DNA of 64,000 nt from Enoplolaimus lenunculus (GCA_030248215.1 JASANG010003752.1:558001-622000), one strand, 5' to 3'. Shown: positions 36,428-51,776, counted from the stretch's first letter. Notes: generated from the sequence alone by a model not told the origin. Program-made: numbers and translations.

Positions 36428-38770
36428 ACTTATAGGCAAAATACGTCGTTTGTGCGCATTTTGGACACCAGTACTTAACAATGATTGACGATGCAGAGAA
36501 AACGCGGCTTAGCGGGGTGTATACCTACTCTACCAGAGTGACATCAGTAGTGTTTTTGAGCAGTGACAGATCCAGAAATTACTAAAATGAGGGTGCGCGT
36601 GCGAGAGACATAATTGTTAAAAAAGTTCACTAGTGACGCGAAAGAGCAGCCTAATTCTATTGCAGTGGTATACTTTATTATAAAATGTTAGCTTTGATCT
36701 CAGATGGGGGCTCTAAGTGGGCGTGGACCCCTATGAATTCGGCAGTGTTTTTGATGCTTCAAAACCTATATACCAATAGAAGCTTTAATATGTTGTAGTT
36801 TTTGTGTGCATTAGAATTATTAAAATTAAGGTCGGCGGTGTTAGTAAACAACCTATATTCAAGGCGCTTATTCTCAAATGTGTGTAGCACCTATCACCAG
36901 TTGGTAATACGTATTGTGACTTTCGAACCAGTGAATGCTGAGGCTCAAAATTCAGAACATTGTTTGCATGTCCATTGCTCTACTCCTGTACTAGTTTTCA
37001 ATTTAACAACTGCAATAGTTAATGAGTTTGACAACCTATTACTAACTGATGATAGTTGCTATACACTATGGGCTCAGGGCTTAGCCAAGATTTCATTTGA
37101 GCTGGGTGGAGCACAGTGAGGAAGGAATTAATATAAGCTAATAGATATATAGTTTTTGAAATTTCTCATATACTGCGTCAAATGCTGGACGTTATATAAG
37201 CGAAATTAAGCCTGGTAATTGTTTTTCAGTTTAATATTATCATGAGCGTTGAAACCTAAAAATTAGTTTTGATTTTGGAATCCGAAAAATATCATAAGAT
37301 GCATGGTATGGAAAGGATACGAAGATATACTCATTCGCTAAATTTTTGGAAAAATGACAAAAAACACTTTTGTTGGTATTAATAGATTAATCTGCTACAC
37401 TCTTAAGTTGAAAAAACGTTTTGCCCTCCCGAAATGAAGTCACGGTTATACGTTTCATGGCATTTGTACTCCGTTTTGCACTGTAGGAAGTAGAGTTGGG
37501 TTATTTTAATTTGAAACAGTAAGCGTACCTGTGGATCCAAGGAGGGTCGACCCAAACCCCTTAAAATAACATGAATCAGAACCAATGTTTTGTATTAAAT
37601 TTTTGTGCAAAATTGTGGTTGGTTTCTCGTTCTCGAGTGTTTTCATTATATGTCACTTCGCCTCTTCCGTCTGAAACTTCTGGATCCGCCGCTGAATGCG
37701 CATTAGCATCGCGGTGCGGATTGTGGGGCTCCGTGCGACCAATCAAAACTGTTTTGTTTAACCTGACACTTTGTACAATCCGTGCTAACAGTGATGAAAA
37801 TCATGGTACAACCGTAGGTTTACTTTCGGTTCCGGCAGAACACAAACCGTTGTCTCCGGTGGAATTTTTACAGGAGGTTGCGGCAATAACGATACTGAAC
37901 CTATTCGCACTTTAGTGAAAGTAGCGGAGTCTGTTTGTAATTTTGGCGCAACTCAGAAAGCTGTTTTGTTGGCAAGAGTTATGGACATTATTTCCAAAAC
38001 TAGCAAACCTAAAAACATTTGTATCTTCTGATTTTGCTTGACGTCCGGCTTTGGTTCCGCGCTGCGGTTCCATCTCATCTCTGGTATTTTTACCTCCCGT
38101 TACACCTTAACGCAAATATGTAAATGTAACCACCGAACACGCCACAGATAAGTAAAATTCTAAAATACCAAAACTCAGCCAACTGGTGAAACATTTAAAT
38201 ATTTGCCAAAATTAACGAAATTTCCGCTGGTTCCTACCAAAAGACACACAAGCCACATGTTTTCTGTTTCTGTTATGTTTTATACGCCAACATTATTATG
38301 CAACATCCTAGCAGAACAACTATAATTCAGGCTGTATTTCCAACTGAATCAGAGTACAACACATATTGGGTCGAAATAATGATGCTTTTATGTAAAATCA
38401 CAAATGTAATATTTAAATATATTCCTCAACGCAGCCTTATTTGTCATTTGATATTTATGAGCGGATCAGTATTACTAAGCCTATGACTCGTTTCTTTAAC
38501 GTTTCGTTTGAAATCTATAAGCGCATATTGTAATATTGTGTTAAATAAATCCGCTAATTGCTTGTTTAGCGTATTTATGTTGCACGGCTATTGAAATAAA
38601 GTACGATAGCAGATTTCACTACCTTTGTAGTATTTAGCAGCAGCGTCCTTGTCTGTGAAATAAGAAGTCAATACGACATCGGTAAATTTTTTTATAGAAG
38701 TTAACCCTGATTTCCCAAAACCGTGGCTGTGAGCCCTGTTTAATAGGCCAATTACTCTAATTAGTAATAA

Positions 38771-39102
38771 CAAGAGTGGATGATAAGATAACATAACAAG
38801 AGTGTGCAACAGGGTGCATTCTGTGTACAAAAGAATGTAACCAGCGCACGTTGCGTTTTTGGCCGACCCTCCCCCGCTTATTTAGAGCGGGGGGTTGAAA
38901 TTTGCACAGAGACAGAAAGACATAATACGCAATGCCAAAAAGTGCTCCGTACACAGTATAAAACCTGCAGAATGTTGTATCATGGACATCGACCCTCCCT
39001 CGAAGTAAGGGAGGTACGGCAAAAATGCAACGTGTGGTGGTACTTTTTGTGCCGTGTGAAATCCGACTCTTGCACACTCTTGTCCGTGATCATCCACTCT
39101 TG
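38771..39102. mobile_element. P-element/Galileo-like MITE
   Basis: TIR CAAGAGTGGATGAT; perfect 7-bp TSD GTAATAA. Confidence 0.85.
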
Positions 39103-40254
39103 GTAATAACTAATATTTCTTTTTGGTATTATGCTAACTTTATGTTAGTATTAATATACCAAAGACAAATATTCGTCATATAATATGCCGGATCTGTCAG
39201 AGCCAGAGTCACAGTTCAATTGAAGGTCAGCTTCCGGTTGCGTTAGAAAAGTCATTTCCGTGTGTCGTAAGTTTTGCCAGAGTTTTCCGCTATTTCCGTT
39301 GCGAAATTTATCATATTTTGATCAAAGTCGTATGGTTTTTTTAATTTGAAATTTTGTCGCAATTTTAAAACTTATATCCCTGATGAGAAAGATAATTTAA
39401 AAACAAATTTTTGACACCGTTTTACAAATTATTGTTAAAATTAGCAAATTCAACATCATTTCAATCAACTGGTGGATCCGGCAAATTTTTGTTGACCTAC
39501 CGGCTTTTGCGTAACACTTTTTGCACCGATTAGACTTTGGTCTGATCACAGAAAATTTGACTCAGAGGATTTCTTAATGTTCAGAATGAAATGGATTGGT
39601 GATGCCTAATGATGAGATGCAAGTAGCTTTCGTTTACACAACACGCGCTGGTTTTGTGTAAAATAGAAATGTTTTGAATATCAGGTTCATAAAATTGACA
39701 CCTTTAGGCAAACACAGTATATGATGAATAATTGATTTTTGTCTGACCTAAACCTATTCGAATAGGCTGCGTCTGGCAAGTATATCGCCAACTGCATTTA
39801 GCACCTGCGTCCCGAGGTTCTGGTTTCCTAGCCAGTAGACAAACTGTTCATTTTGATATATTTCATTATTCAGAAATGTCCTAATTTACGCTTATTGTGA
39901 GCTGCGAATCGAACCCGGAAACGGTATTATTTATGCGACCGCAGTATCATGGGGGTGTAGCCAGAATTTGGTATCTGGAGCGTATAACCTCATGTAAGAG
40001 ATTGTTTGCAAGCGAGCATAAGGAACAAATGAATTTTTAAATCGGTAAAGGCGGTTTTTTTACTTGCGTTTCGTTATAAATTATGCAAGGTGATGTTTCA
40101 TATCGCCTCGTTGTGCACGATACTGGTGTTAGCGTTAACTTTGACGACATTAAATTATGTGGATTATTAGGAATTTTAATATGAAAAATTGGTTGTCGCA
40201 CATCAAACAAAATACAACTTTTTTAAATCGCTTAAAAGAACTGTTGAAAATGTA

Positions 40255-40443
40255 GGCCAATGTAAAGAACAGGGGCTGAACAATATTATATGCATATTCC
40301 AATGCCAAAGCCTAAGCCTAAGCGTAAGCATGAGCACATTCCTAAGCCTAAGCCAAGGCCAAGCAAAAAATTAGTCTAAACCTTAAGCTTACTCTTTTCT
40401 AGTCTCACAGAAACGCGTTCCGCCCCTGATCTTTACATGGGCC
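40255..40443. mobile_element. TTAGGC-carrying Merlin-like MITE
   Basis: GGCCAATGTAAAGA / TCTTTACATGGGCC. Confidence 0.8.
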
Positions 40444-40624
40444 AAAATCTGTACCTTATATTTCCAATAAACATTCAGCGAGTTTCGATGTCATGTCAAA
40501 ATAAATATCTTTGCAAATTGCACACCATGTTTTACAAATGATTCTCAACACAAATCACAACTCGATTGTATAACATCGCAACTGTATTTAGAAATTAAAA
40601 CTTTAATAAATTCTAGAAAAAAAT

Positions 40625-40958
40625 TTAGAATGAAGTTTCTACTGTTCCCAGTTGAAAAACATCCTAAAAACGCCTTTCACAAAAAATCTCAAAACACAGG
40701 TGACCCCCAAAACGGTTCCGTGGCTGCACGCTCGACTGTAATGTGGATTAAATTTGACAACCTTATGGCTTGAACCACAAACTTCAATTTAGTATTAGAA
40801 AAAACGAAATTTCTATTATTCCCAGTTGAAAAAACATTCTAAAAACGCAAAAAATCTCAAAACACAGGTGATCCATAAACGGTTCCGCGGCTTACGCCCT
40901 CGAGTGTGATATAGATTAATTCTGACAACCTTACGGCTAAACCACTAACTTTAATTTG
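40625..40958. repeat. Tandem duplication, about 170-bp unit, 2 diverged copies
   Basis: ttcccagttgaaaaa..ctcaaaacacaggtga..tgacaacctta repeated. Confidence 0.75.
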
Positions 40959-43900
40959 TATAATCCTGTCTATCCTCGATGCGTATAGTATATATTTTAG
41001 TGCAAATTTTAATTAGATTTGTATCCGGTATGCATTTTAGCATTTTGTTTAAATATTTTCGTGTTTTAGACATATGAAATACTGTAAACAAAATTCAGGC
41101 AGTGTTTAACGATGCATTAAGCAACAGCAACAATATTACAAATTGCAATCAAGTATTTCGACAAGTTGTAGAGAACATCGAAATACGCTATCATCTGAAT
41201 TTGTAATATGACCTCCATCCCCCGCCTCTGTGTCTAGTCTTGCTCTGTTTCCATAAATTGGCTGATATTTTAGATATTTTAGTGTTTTACATGGTCTGGA
41301 GTGTAGATTGAATCTAAATTGTATAGCGATTTATTTAAATTCTCAATGTTGTCATATATTTTTGTCTAAAAATTTTATTTCTGAAAATAAAAATACGCAG
41401 TAAAATTTTCTATTCTTTTATTTTCAACAGTTCGGATCATGCAAACTTTTCTATCAATTCAACAGCAAGTGTAAAGATAAAGGATCGGAACGTTTTTCTA
41501 CGGGACTGCAATGCTTAAACTTTAGACCAAATTTTTTGCTTAGGTACAAGCTCATTTTTACGTTTATGCTTTGGCTTATGCTTGTTGGATCAACACGGTC
41601 CGCAGGATTCCTGTTCGAAATTTTGCTCAATGTCAGTATTTAACCACGCTGAGAACCAAATCTGTCCAAACTTGCGCTCGAGTCAAGCGTGCTACCACTA
41701 CGCATTGTGGTCATTGCAATAACTTCATATATGTGAACACATCTATTAAAAACTTTTTTGCTTTACATACACTTTCGTGAACATATATCGACAAGGCATA
41801 CGAATATGCTTATACTACTATTACGGCCCTGTTCTATACATTGACCCATTCAACTGCGGAGGGTGTGAAAATTTAACTTGATGCAATTAGGAAGAAAATT
41901 TGCTCATGTCCTAAGGGAAACCAAAACATTACTTGATCCAAAGCTTTCACTGGTAATTATATGGAGGATCCTAGATCCGTATTAAGTACTGAACGTAACG
42001 TTTGATGTTCGCTGGCAATTAATCACATCCCACACCGTAGCGGGGTAGGTCAAATGCAAAAGTTGATAAATTTCCAAACGCTCAATTTGCTAATTTTAAA
42101 GTTACAAGACCAGCTCAAAGAAATTTTTTGACCCTTTGTGCCGTTCTACTGGATTGATTGTTGGATGTTGATTTGTGTAATATTGGCCAAAATGCTACAT
42201 TCTACTGGTGTCGTTTAAATTCATTTTGTTCAGATTCGCTTTCAAAACAAACATTTTTGCCGTTGTTGCGCTACGTTTATTGTGAAATTTCAATTTTGCA
42301 GCACCGTTCTTCGGATTGCATATAATTCCAGTGGTGATGTATATCCGTCGGTAGGAGAACCGGTACCGAAAAACGAGTAAAATATTGGTTCTTGAAACAA
42401 AATTGGCTGATCGTTCACGATGAACCAGAAATGCAGCACTCTTTACGTGACATCAAGAATTCGAATTGGGGGGGTCACAGCCGCCCACTCGTTACGCCCG
42501 TGACCAATTCACGTTTCATTTGGTGTGTGTGCAACTGGTGTTAGCCTGCACAGTATGAATCTAATAAATCGCATTGGTTGAGCAAATAGTACCCTCAATC
42601 AAGGGCGTAGCTATGGGGGTTTTCGAGTCAAAGCCTGCTTTAGGAATTTGTGTGGATTGGATATTATATATACTTTATCTGTTAGTAACGCCAGAAACTC
42701 TCTTCAAAATATCTATAGAACGTATTAAATCATCCCCTTTTCAAAATGATGGCTATGCCCCGTGCCCCCATTTAGGTTTTGTGGTGAAGGGTAGGACAGC
42801 GTGGGCCAGTGTCGAATTAATATTCGCTATTCGCTTGCAGTCACGAATTATAATTAAATCTCTTGAGGGATTTCTGTGGCCACGTTATGTCTGCGGAGTT
42901 GCTTCGCAATGAAACTGTTGAAGCCATTTTACACACCGGTTGACGCAAAACGGTGCAAAGCTAACGTAAACAGAGGGTGGATTCAGAAAATTCTGGCAAA
43001 AATGCAGTGGGAATACCAAAAAAACTGACGAGTGAAACAAGCAAAAAGCCAAAAGTAATTTTATTGCTAAATTTTACAACAAAATTATGGATTTGGTTAC
43101 ATTTGGGAAAGTCGTGGCTTGGGCGGCGCTGACACGCCGTGGATCCGCCAATAATCCCGGAGTATACTAGCTATGTCAGTTTAAAACGGGTAATGATTTT
43201 TATTTTAGTTTGTGAAAATTGACTTCGCTTTAACCGATTGGAATTGAACTTATTTTCATTACGTTTTAGGTTGGTTTTGCGGGCAGATTCACAAAATAAT
43301 CAGGGATATGCAACTAAAAATAATGGGCGGAGACAGTAATTATGGAAACTGTCTACAAGTGTAAGCTTTGAGTGCTAAAAACTACAGTCTATTTCAATGT
43401 TTAAATATCTTCTTAGAGACCAGTAGCCAGCTGAACATGCTTAATAGAAGGTAGGTGTCTAAAAAATTTTCAAGAGCGCATGCAAGATTTTCAGAGACCT
43501 ATTTTAATTCATTCAACGTTTCGTAAATTTTTAAATGATCCACAAAATTATTCTAAAGTCTTCAAAACGTGCTTTTCCTAGGCTTTTCTTTAAATTTCGC
43601 AAGTAGGTTCTCGTAAGATGCAGTAGAATAACCTTTATAACAAATGAATACTGCTAAAACCGAATCCACCGAACACAAGAACACAATTTTAATTTATGCG
43701 CCCGTTCCTCACCGACTTTCATTTTAAGGCTTAATTCAGCAGCCGGTGATGCGTTTACTAATTTGTAAAACGCAAATTCGTTCGCATGTAAATGCGTCCA
43801 ATCGTCACGTAAAGAAGTGATGTCACGCACACGTAAAGCGACGCTTGCAAAGATGTATAATTGATCCCAATGCAACCACATGGTGCACTATTTAACCCGT

Positions 43901-45549
43901 ATTACAATTTTAAGCATGGTTGCTTCTACATGTTAAGGTTTTCGAATTGTCGCAACGAGGGAACAGAGGCTTTGTTTAGAGGGGGCACTGGTTCGAGCAC
44001 ACTGAAGCATATGTTTTGAAATTAAGCTTTAGCTTTTATAGACGGTAGCTATATTTTAAAATAACTAAATTTCACTTGTCGTAGTTGTTTATTGGGCCAC
44101 CCCGGCTGTGCCCCCCCCAACAGCATCTCGACAAAAATTATATAGCAATTTTGTGACAATAGTTCGTGGTTTGTGTATGGGTCAAAAGTAAGTTTATTAC
44201 CTGTGAAGTTTTGCCCCCCCCCCTTTTTAGATCCTGGATCCGCCACTGTTCACCAGTTTTAGGTTGTGTAATCGTACCGAGTATAAGCCTTTATATTGGT
44301 TTATGGTCCACTTAATGGATGAACCAAGTATACCGAAACACACATCATACGTATTTATTATATTTTAATTTCCATATTTACACTCTATTTTCGATCGGTT
44401 TGAACATTGCACTAGTTTGTTTTTAAGTAATTTCTTCATTTAATTTTTACACTTTTTATGAAACCTATAAATTAAAAATGTAATATTTACTTGTATAACC
44501 TATTTACAGTGGATTTAACGAAACAAACATTAAAGTTCTGTGTGAGCTGACCCGTAGTTCAACCGAACAAGGGCTCGTAAAGGTTTTGGCCTCAATGAAA
44601 CAAATTTAGCCCTACTCGTTGTTCGTGTAAAGTTCACACGTGCCACTCCTGAAATTTTTAGTTCTTTCTAGCAAGCAATATTAATACGATACTGGCCTGA
44701 GTCGGCGTATAAAAGTCAGCACTTGTCTTCGATTGAAGGTGACAGCGCAAATTTTTGCGTGATTCGGTTTTCTATTGAGAACAACACAAAACTACTAATA
44801 TCAGCGTTTTAAAAATATACATAAGTCAAACTTTATCATAATTTTTCAAACCAATGGACCATAAGATTGCTTTCAGATATATACCTATTGACTGCGAAGA
44901 TCTAGAAGAATAAAGCTAAGACGTAAACCAGGCGTTTGATAGTTATTTCAGTGGGCCTAATGCAAAGTTTAACTGTGGTTAGCACCAGGGTTTGAACTTG
45001 GCGGATTTTTTGTGAAAAAGAGAATGTCCGACAATTTAAGCATCAAATTTTTTTAATTTTTTCAAATGCCGATTTTTTGCTTATTCATCTCAAAAATATA
45101 ATCTTCGCGTTGCTTCGCAGATTGTTGTTTAATTTATTAATTTCAATACTAATATTATAACTGTATATATCTTGTGTGAGCCGGCTCCGGCCGCAGCCGC
45201 TTTGTGGGCATTTTTTTGCGATGAAAACTCCAGTTATTTGGAGGCATCAAAATTTACTATGGTCGTACTCAGTTGCAACAGTCAACAGTAGTTGAATCCA
45301 ACGGGTTTTTTTCCGTTATTTGCTCCCAGCCGGAGTTTGCCCAAATCGGTTTGATTTTCAAAATTTTGCAATATTTTAACTTATCATGACCTCCCCTCAT
45401 CATTTCACACTAAAATTTGATTTTTTTAAAAATCTGAGTTTGATGTGTTGAGGAGCGATGCATAATACTTGAGAATGTAAAAAATTACATAACGGCTGTT
45501 TGATCCTGAAAAAATCGAAACTGCATATTGGGTCAATGAAGGTATATAT

Positions 45550-45823
45550 AACCCTATTCACACGTGCAAGTTTTTGCTACGAGAACTTACTGCTGCAAAT
45601 TGCGCCTGCATGTTTTGTCCAAAATCCCGTTCGAAAAACTTACAGCTGCAAATAATTCATTCAAAATCACAGCTAAGAACTTAGTTCACATGTGTCAACA
45701 ATCATGCAAGTTCACTAAATTCATTGCAGCCGCTTTCTCAATGACTGATGAAAAAATACAAATCTGCATGCAATTTGCAGCTGCAAGTTCTCGCAGCAAA
45801 AACTTGCACGTGTGAATACGGCT
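45550..45823. mobile_element. PIF/Harbinger-like MITE
   Basis: TATTCACACGTGCAAGTTTTTGC TIR; relative of 5758..6047. Confidence 0.75.
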
Positions 45824-47674
45824 TAATAGTTTTGATTCTGATAGTTTTGGATTATGAAGCCCAAAACACAAATGTTGATACTGTAAAAGTGATTCTTTTC
45901 GTAAAAAATTATAGTTTTATAGCTGTCACGTTGAATTTATACGCTTCAATTAAATAACTACAAATCAACCCAAAACTTATTTCTGTTTTGCCGTGAAATT
46001 AATTTGAAATAAAGCAAAAAACCCTTAATTTCTGGCTTAAGCTGAAACCTTTTTCATTAATAAATGATGACTGCGCGATGCCTGTGAGGCAAATGTATTT
46101 TTCATAGAAAAGTTTTATGATAAAAATAACACCGCATGTCACCGGTTGGCATGGCTTAATATTTTCATACCAATATTAATAGTTGGGTTACTTTCTTGAT
46201 TAAATATGTTGGATGATTTTTAGGGACCTAACAGTAGTTAAAGCATATCTCTAAGCTTAAGCCTATTGAACAAGCAACAAACATAGAACTAAACCTGAAC
46301 AAAGCAATTAGTATAAAGCCTAAGTTGACTCTCTGTTGCTGTCTCTCAGGTAAACAGGACGCTCCTTATGACAAAATTTTTTCAAGTTTTAATATGTAAG
46401 GTCACCTTTAGGTAGACATATTAATTTTTGTTCTATACCACAGACAATTATATTTTTTCGGCCATTTTTGACCTGTACAAAACCTGAAGAAAATAATTTT
46501 ATTTTTGCGTCTATATGTCTCAGACTAGCACCGACCGCTGAATAATTTATAATATTCGGTCTAAGTGACCAGCTTATATTGCCAAACGTTAACCAGATTC
46601 GATGCACGCATTACAGTTATGAATATACCTCTGGTGACAGAGTTACCAAAATTTGGCTACTTAAGGTAAATCTGCAACAATTGGTTTCACTCGCAGTTTG
46701 CAAGGAGCAGCGCTAAGAATTTTACGCTTTAATGTTATAAAAATAAGTTTTCTAAACTGATGCATAACCATTTTAATTTTGACATTGAATAATGAAAAGT
46801 AACAGTAGTGACCCGAATAAACGGGGTGCCGGCTGATATTTTTTCGCCTTATTGCAAATACACGTTATGTTTCGGCCCAGGTAAACAATAGCGGCCTAAG
46901 CAATCCCTCATCCTAAACATGACCTTAATCTAAATTCTAAGCGTAAGCTTAAGCGTAAGCCTTACAACCTTTAATTCCAACAGTCCCAATGTCTTCCGTA
47001 GGCAGGTACCTATTTTTGACATGGGCGTCTTTTTCAATAAAGCTTCAGCTTTATTTGGACCATACACAATTAATTTATGCATCCATTTTCTATGGTATAT
47101 GTATGGTAAGATTACTAGTTTATTTTGCTAAGAATAAAGGTAATATTATTATGCTTTGCGTAAAGAATCAAACTCTGTTCTGAACTTTAGTCCAAGGATT
47201 ATTTACGCCCTATTAAAATAATTTACGTATATGGACTATTTAGTAATTTTGGACTCTATCTATTTACAGACTATAATTAGGAAAATAGTTTCCTATTGGT
47301 TCAGACACAAAATAGAGACTCTGGACTTGCAATAATATTTGTAAGCCTGGTATGCATGACTGCGAAGTGCAAAGTTTTTTATAAATCCAGTTGAAAGGCG
47401 TAAGCACCGAGGGGTCGTGGCGTGTCCGACACTCTCGCTTTTTTGGCAAAGATATCCACCAGGTACCAGGACTTTCGTTCAAATTGTAGCTACGCACCTG
47501 GGAAACCTGATGCTGTATACGATCATTTAACTATTTTTATGTGAACTGGCAATAATACTGTCACAGTTCCTACTGGTGCCTTCATAACAAACAGTCAGTC
47601 AACAAATTGCTAAGGTTTGAACTGGTTTTTGCCAAAAACGAATTTCTTTCAACCCTTAATTCTATAGAATTTGC

Positions 47675-47879
47675 GGCCAACGTAAAGATCAGGGGCGGAA
47701 CGTTTTTCTGTGGGACTACGACAGAGTAAACTTAACCATAGACTTATTTTTTGCTTGGCTTAAGCTTAGACTGAGACTTAGGAATATGCTCATTCTTGCG
47801 ATTAGGTTTAGGCTGAGGCTTAGGCTTAGACTTAGAAATATTGTTATACACTGTTCTGCCCCTATTCTTTACATTGGCC
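47675..47879. mobile_element. TTAGGC-carrying Merlin-like MITE
   Basis: GGCC ends; flanks gaatttgc/aaattggc. Confidence 0.8.
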
Positions 47880-47937
47880 AAATTGGCAATAATACGTAAG
47901 ATAAAGCCCAATGAGTAACCCAAATTATAGACAACAT

Positions 47938-48146
47938 GGCCTATGTATAGAACAGGGCCGGAACAGTAGTATAAGCATATTCCTAAGCTTAAGCCTAAGC
48001 ATAAGCATAAGCGTATGCATGAGCCTATTCCTAGGCCTAAGCCAAAGCCTAATCCTAAGACTAAGCAAAAAAATTTGTCTAAAGCTTAAACTGACTCTCT
48101 TATAGCCCCTCCGGAAAACGATCCGACCCTGTGCAATACATAGACC
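47938..48146. mobile_element. TTAGGC-carrying Merlin-like MITE
   Basis: TSD gacaacat/gacaacac. Confidence 0.85.
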
Positions 48147-48863
48147 GACAACACAATTTAAAAAATATATGAGGGTGTTGTTTGTTCTTATTGTGCGCTC
48201 GACGTCCAATGCAAATTGTATTTTCCAACACGGTGAACGGAATGTTTTCACTGAACATTATTTGCTAAACCACAGATTCAACTCAACGTTTGACTGCATC
48301 CTTTTAAGCAACAATTTTAATCGAATAACACTTTCAAGTATTAATCAAACCGCCGAATACGGTATGATTGGTATGAGAGGTTTTGTCTGAAAGCTTGAAA
48401 TCCATCTTACGAACGACAATTTCAGCTTTAAAGTCATTTCCGATATACGATAAACTAAGCGAAACTTTGCTAGTTCCGCGCGCACAATGCGCGTGCTACT
48501 TTGCCAATTTATGCTCACAGTCTTATACGTACCACCCATTGTCTTTACGTTTCAAAGTTTCCAATGAATTTCTTGTGTTTAATTTTAACCAGTTTCCTGT
48601 TTTGAGTCGACTCTACTGACAGCTATAAGGTTTTCGATCTATCTTAGCTAAAGCTACGCATCTCAACTTGAGCTGTCTCTGCTTTCGGGAAGTCGCTGTA
48701 TTAAAGTTTGAAATTTATAGAAGATGAGTTTGTTTTGAATTCTACAGGAATATATGATTGTGTTTAGTTCTCGTTGAAGTACGTTAATATGAATGAAATT
48801 TCAGATTAATTTGAGCGGCTGAGATGTAGGTAGGCCGGTATCTGATACAGGTCGGCGATAATT

Positions 48864-49048
48864 ATGCATCGTTTACTTTATCTCGTGTACGCGGTGTGGA
48901 GAAATACACGAGGTATACACGCTTGCTTATTGATGTTGCTTCTGAACTTTTCAAATGACTGTTTCCACAATTCTAAAAGCAAGTCGTCGCCGTCTATACC
49001 TCGTGTATTTTTCCACACCGCGTACACAAGTTAAAGTAAACGACGCAT
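48864..49048. mobile_element. MITE-like element with about 58-bp TIRs (unclassified)
   Basis: atgcatcgtttacttta..gaggtatacacg inverted at 48991-49048. Confidence 0.7.
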
Positions 49049-49696
49049 TATTTAAGCATTTAATTTGAACTAAACTAAGGTTTGCCCATTATGATAGCCT
49101 GTAAAACTGTCGAAACACTGAAAAACTATTTCAAAATTAAATAACTGTTTTACGGTTTCAAACAAATATATAATGTAAAATCACTGGAGCTTTGTATACT
49201 GGGCTCATTATTCTCAAATGTGTATAGCAACTATCATCAGTTAGTAATAGGTTTTCAAACTCACTAGCTATTGTAGTTCCTGAAGTCAAAATTAGAGCAG
49301 AAGTAGAGCAAATCGTCTGCGAAATATGTGCCGAATTTTTAACCTCAGCCATCTCTGGTTCAAAAGTTACAAGACCTGTCACCAACTGATTATAGGTGCT
49401 ACACACGTTTTAGAATACGGATCTTAGTTAGAGTCCGATATCTTTATTACTTTAGCGTGCCATAGATTTGTGAATATTAATTAACGTATAAAGCAACATT
49501 ATACTCACATATTTTAGTGATTGGGTTAAAATTAAACACTATTTCAAATGATTTTCGCGTTTCAAACAGCAACTATCACGACACTTTATGCAAGCAAAGA
49601 AACTGTGAAATGAATCGCTTGAACAGCGATTAAGCAAGTGCTCTTAAGGTTCGTCAAAATGTTTATCATCAATATAAACGCTTTTTCAAAAAACGA

Positions 49697-49884
49697 GCAC
49701 ATGTAAGGATCACGAGCTTAAAGGTTTTAGCACAGGACTGCAATAGAGTTAGTTTAAGCTTTAGACAAATTTTTGGCAGGCTTAGGATGATATTTAGGAA
49801 TAGCCTTATCCTTACGATTAAGCTTAGACTTAGGCTTGCAATTCAGCTTATACTACTGTTACGGCCATGTTCGATACATTGGCC
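49697..49884. mobile_element. TTAGGC-carrying Merlin-like MITE
   Basis: AAAAACGA on both flanks. Confidence 0.75.
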
Positions 49885-50228
49885 AAAAACGAAACGCGTT
49901 TTGTATGTTTAAAACCTTGTTGTTATAATATTTTTAAATCATTGTTTGTACGAAAGAATGTACTTGAAATTGATATAATTTAACGTTAAAGCTTAGGATT
50001 GTGCTAGATTTAAACGTGAACTCCAGCTTTGATGAAGCTATTTTCGATTGGCGTCATTATTAAAACCACTCAATAATTGGGCATGCGTAAAACAAAATGT
50101 CTCATTCTTGAGTTTGGCTAAATTAGCTAGGTCACCAGGAAACAGCGACAAGACAAAATTTGATTAACAAATTTGCAGTATTACTTCTGCGTTTTGGTTT
50201 AAGACATCCAATATAGCATCTGAACGGC

Positions 50229-50418
50229 GGCCGATGTTACTTTGAGGGTCGTACCGTTGTTCTGCTGGATTGTCGAAATAAAGTTCGAGCTTTAGACAAT
50301 TTTTTGCTTAGGCTACGGCTTAGGCTTAGGAATTAGCTTGTTTATGCATACGGTAAGGCATAGGCTTAGAAATATGCTTATACTACCTACAGCTACGCCC
50401 CTCAAAGTAACATTGGTG
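50229..50418. mobile_element. TTAGGC-carrying Merlin-like MITE
   Basis: GGCCGATGTTACTTTGAGGG / CCCTCAAAGTAACATTGG. Confidence 0.8.
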
Positions 50419-51711
50419 TTAATAGCAGTTGAACCAAAAATAATTAACTATGCTATCCATGCTAAAACGTTCCCTCAAGGATATGATATATAAATATAAA
50501 TATTATGTATATACATATATATTAAATTGAAACCAAATCCAAGCCAACGGAGAATAATTAAACCCAAATCGGATTAGATGTGAATACAAAGTAGGCTCGT
50601 TGCCGGTAATTTGTGATGGATTTCTCAGCATCGGGTCAACTCTAAAGTATCATAGTACAATATTCCATATTGTCATAATACGCAAATAGACACATATTTT
50701 GCGAAGCATAGGATTTATTCTCAAATTTCGGATTTTAGAATGTGGCGAAAAAGGTTTTATCTTCAAATCAAATTTTATATTAATTGTAAGAACCGCGCAA
50801 ATCGTTATCCGTATTATTAAAGCTGGAACATCACACATACGTAATTTGGGCGGCTTTCCAGCAGTATTTTGTTTACAATATTTTCGTAGAACAAAAATGT
50901 GACTGTTCTGCGGAATGAAATTTTTCATACAGATTGTTTTCGATTCACTAACTGTTACGCATTGCACAAAGCCGGCTGACTAGTATTATTTAATTAAAAT
51001 GAACATTGAAAATTTTGTAATCATCAAAAATGCGCAAAGCACGTCACGTCTCAGCTAATCAGGCAATATTCATTTGCGAAAAGGTTAAATGGAAATTTTT
51101 TCTTGAATGTCTATAACGCTTTATCGCTTAATACAAAAATTGCGTCAACTACTCTTTACGCTCAACCTCGCTACCTGAATTTTACGCTGTAAAAACGAGT
51201 AAAATTCTAAAACAATAATCTTGAAAACAGAAAGCAGATTTATATTTACAAAATGTGAAGTATACAAGACGTTCCGCTGTCTCGGCGTTCTTCATAAAGT
51301 TGTTTGTCAAACGCTTCGTTTTAGCACCTGCATTGTTTGCATAAAAGCAAAACCTGTGCAGTGAAATTTGCTAAAAATAGTAAGGCGAGGTTTGCACGCA
51401 ATAAATGAAATATTGAATATTGCGTGGTCTCAGTTGAATTTTTGCTTAAATTTGCTATACTTGAAGCGCATTTTTTAAAATTCTTTCGCTGAACCGTGAG
51501 TTATGGCTTAGAGTTGTTTATTTTGCTAAACCTAATTTGCCCATTATTGGCAGAATGTGTATTGTGTGCTTGCTAATAGCCAGAAGTGCGTCAAGGGGAA
51601 CGGTGGCTCAGACACCCTAGCTAGTTTGTGGCCTTTTATCGAAAAGTTTCAACCATATTGGAAATAGACGGCCTGCATGACCCTTGTTCGAAGTTTTGTG
51701 AAAAGATGAAA

Positions 51712-51776
51712 ACGTTGGGAATCGAACCACGGCCCCTTGCACTCGAGTCAAGCATGCTACCACTACACCATGTAGT
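51712..51776 (-). mobile_element. tRNA-like segment inside a dispersed repeat (relative at 41594..41779)
   Basis: Minus strand TGGTGTAGTGGTAGC (A box) and GGTTCGATTCC (B box); no acceptor stem. Confidence 0.55.

Noticed and set aside
43269..43365. Possible small exon (TTTTAG..GTAAGC)
   Set aside because: No partner exons or recognisable protein; expected by chance in AT-rich DNA.
51712..51776. Functional tRNA gene
   Set aside because: A and B boxes are present but the acceptor stem does not pair, and it is part of a dispersed repeat.
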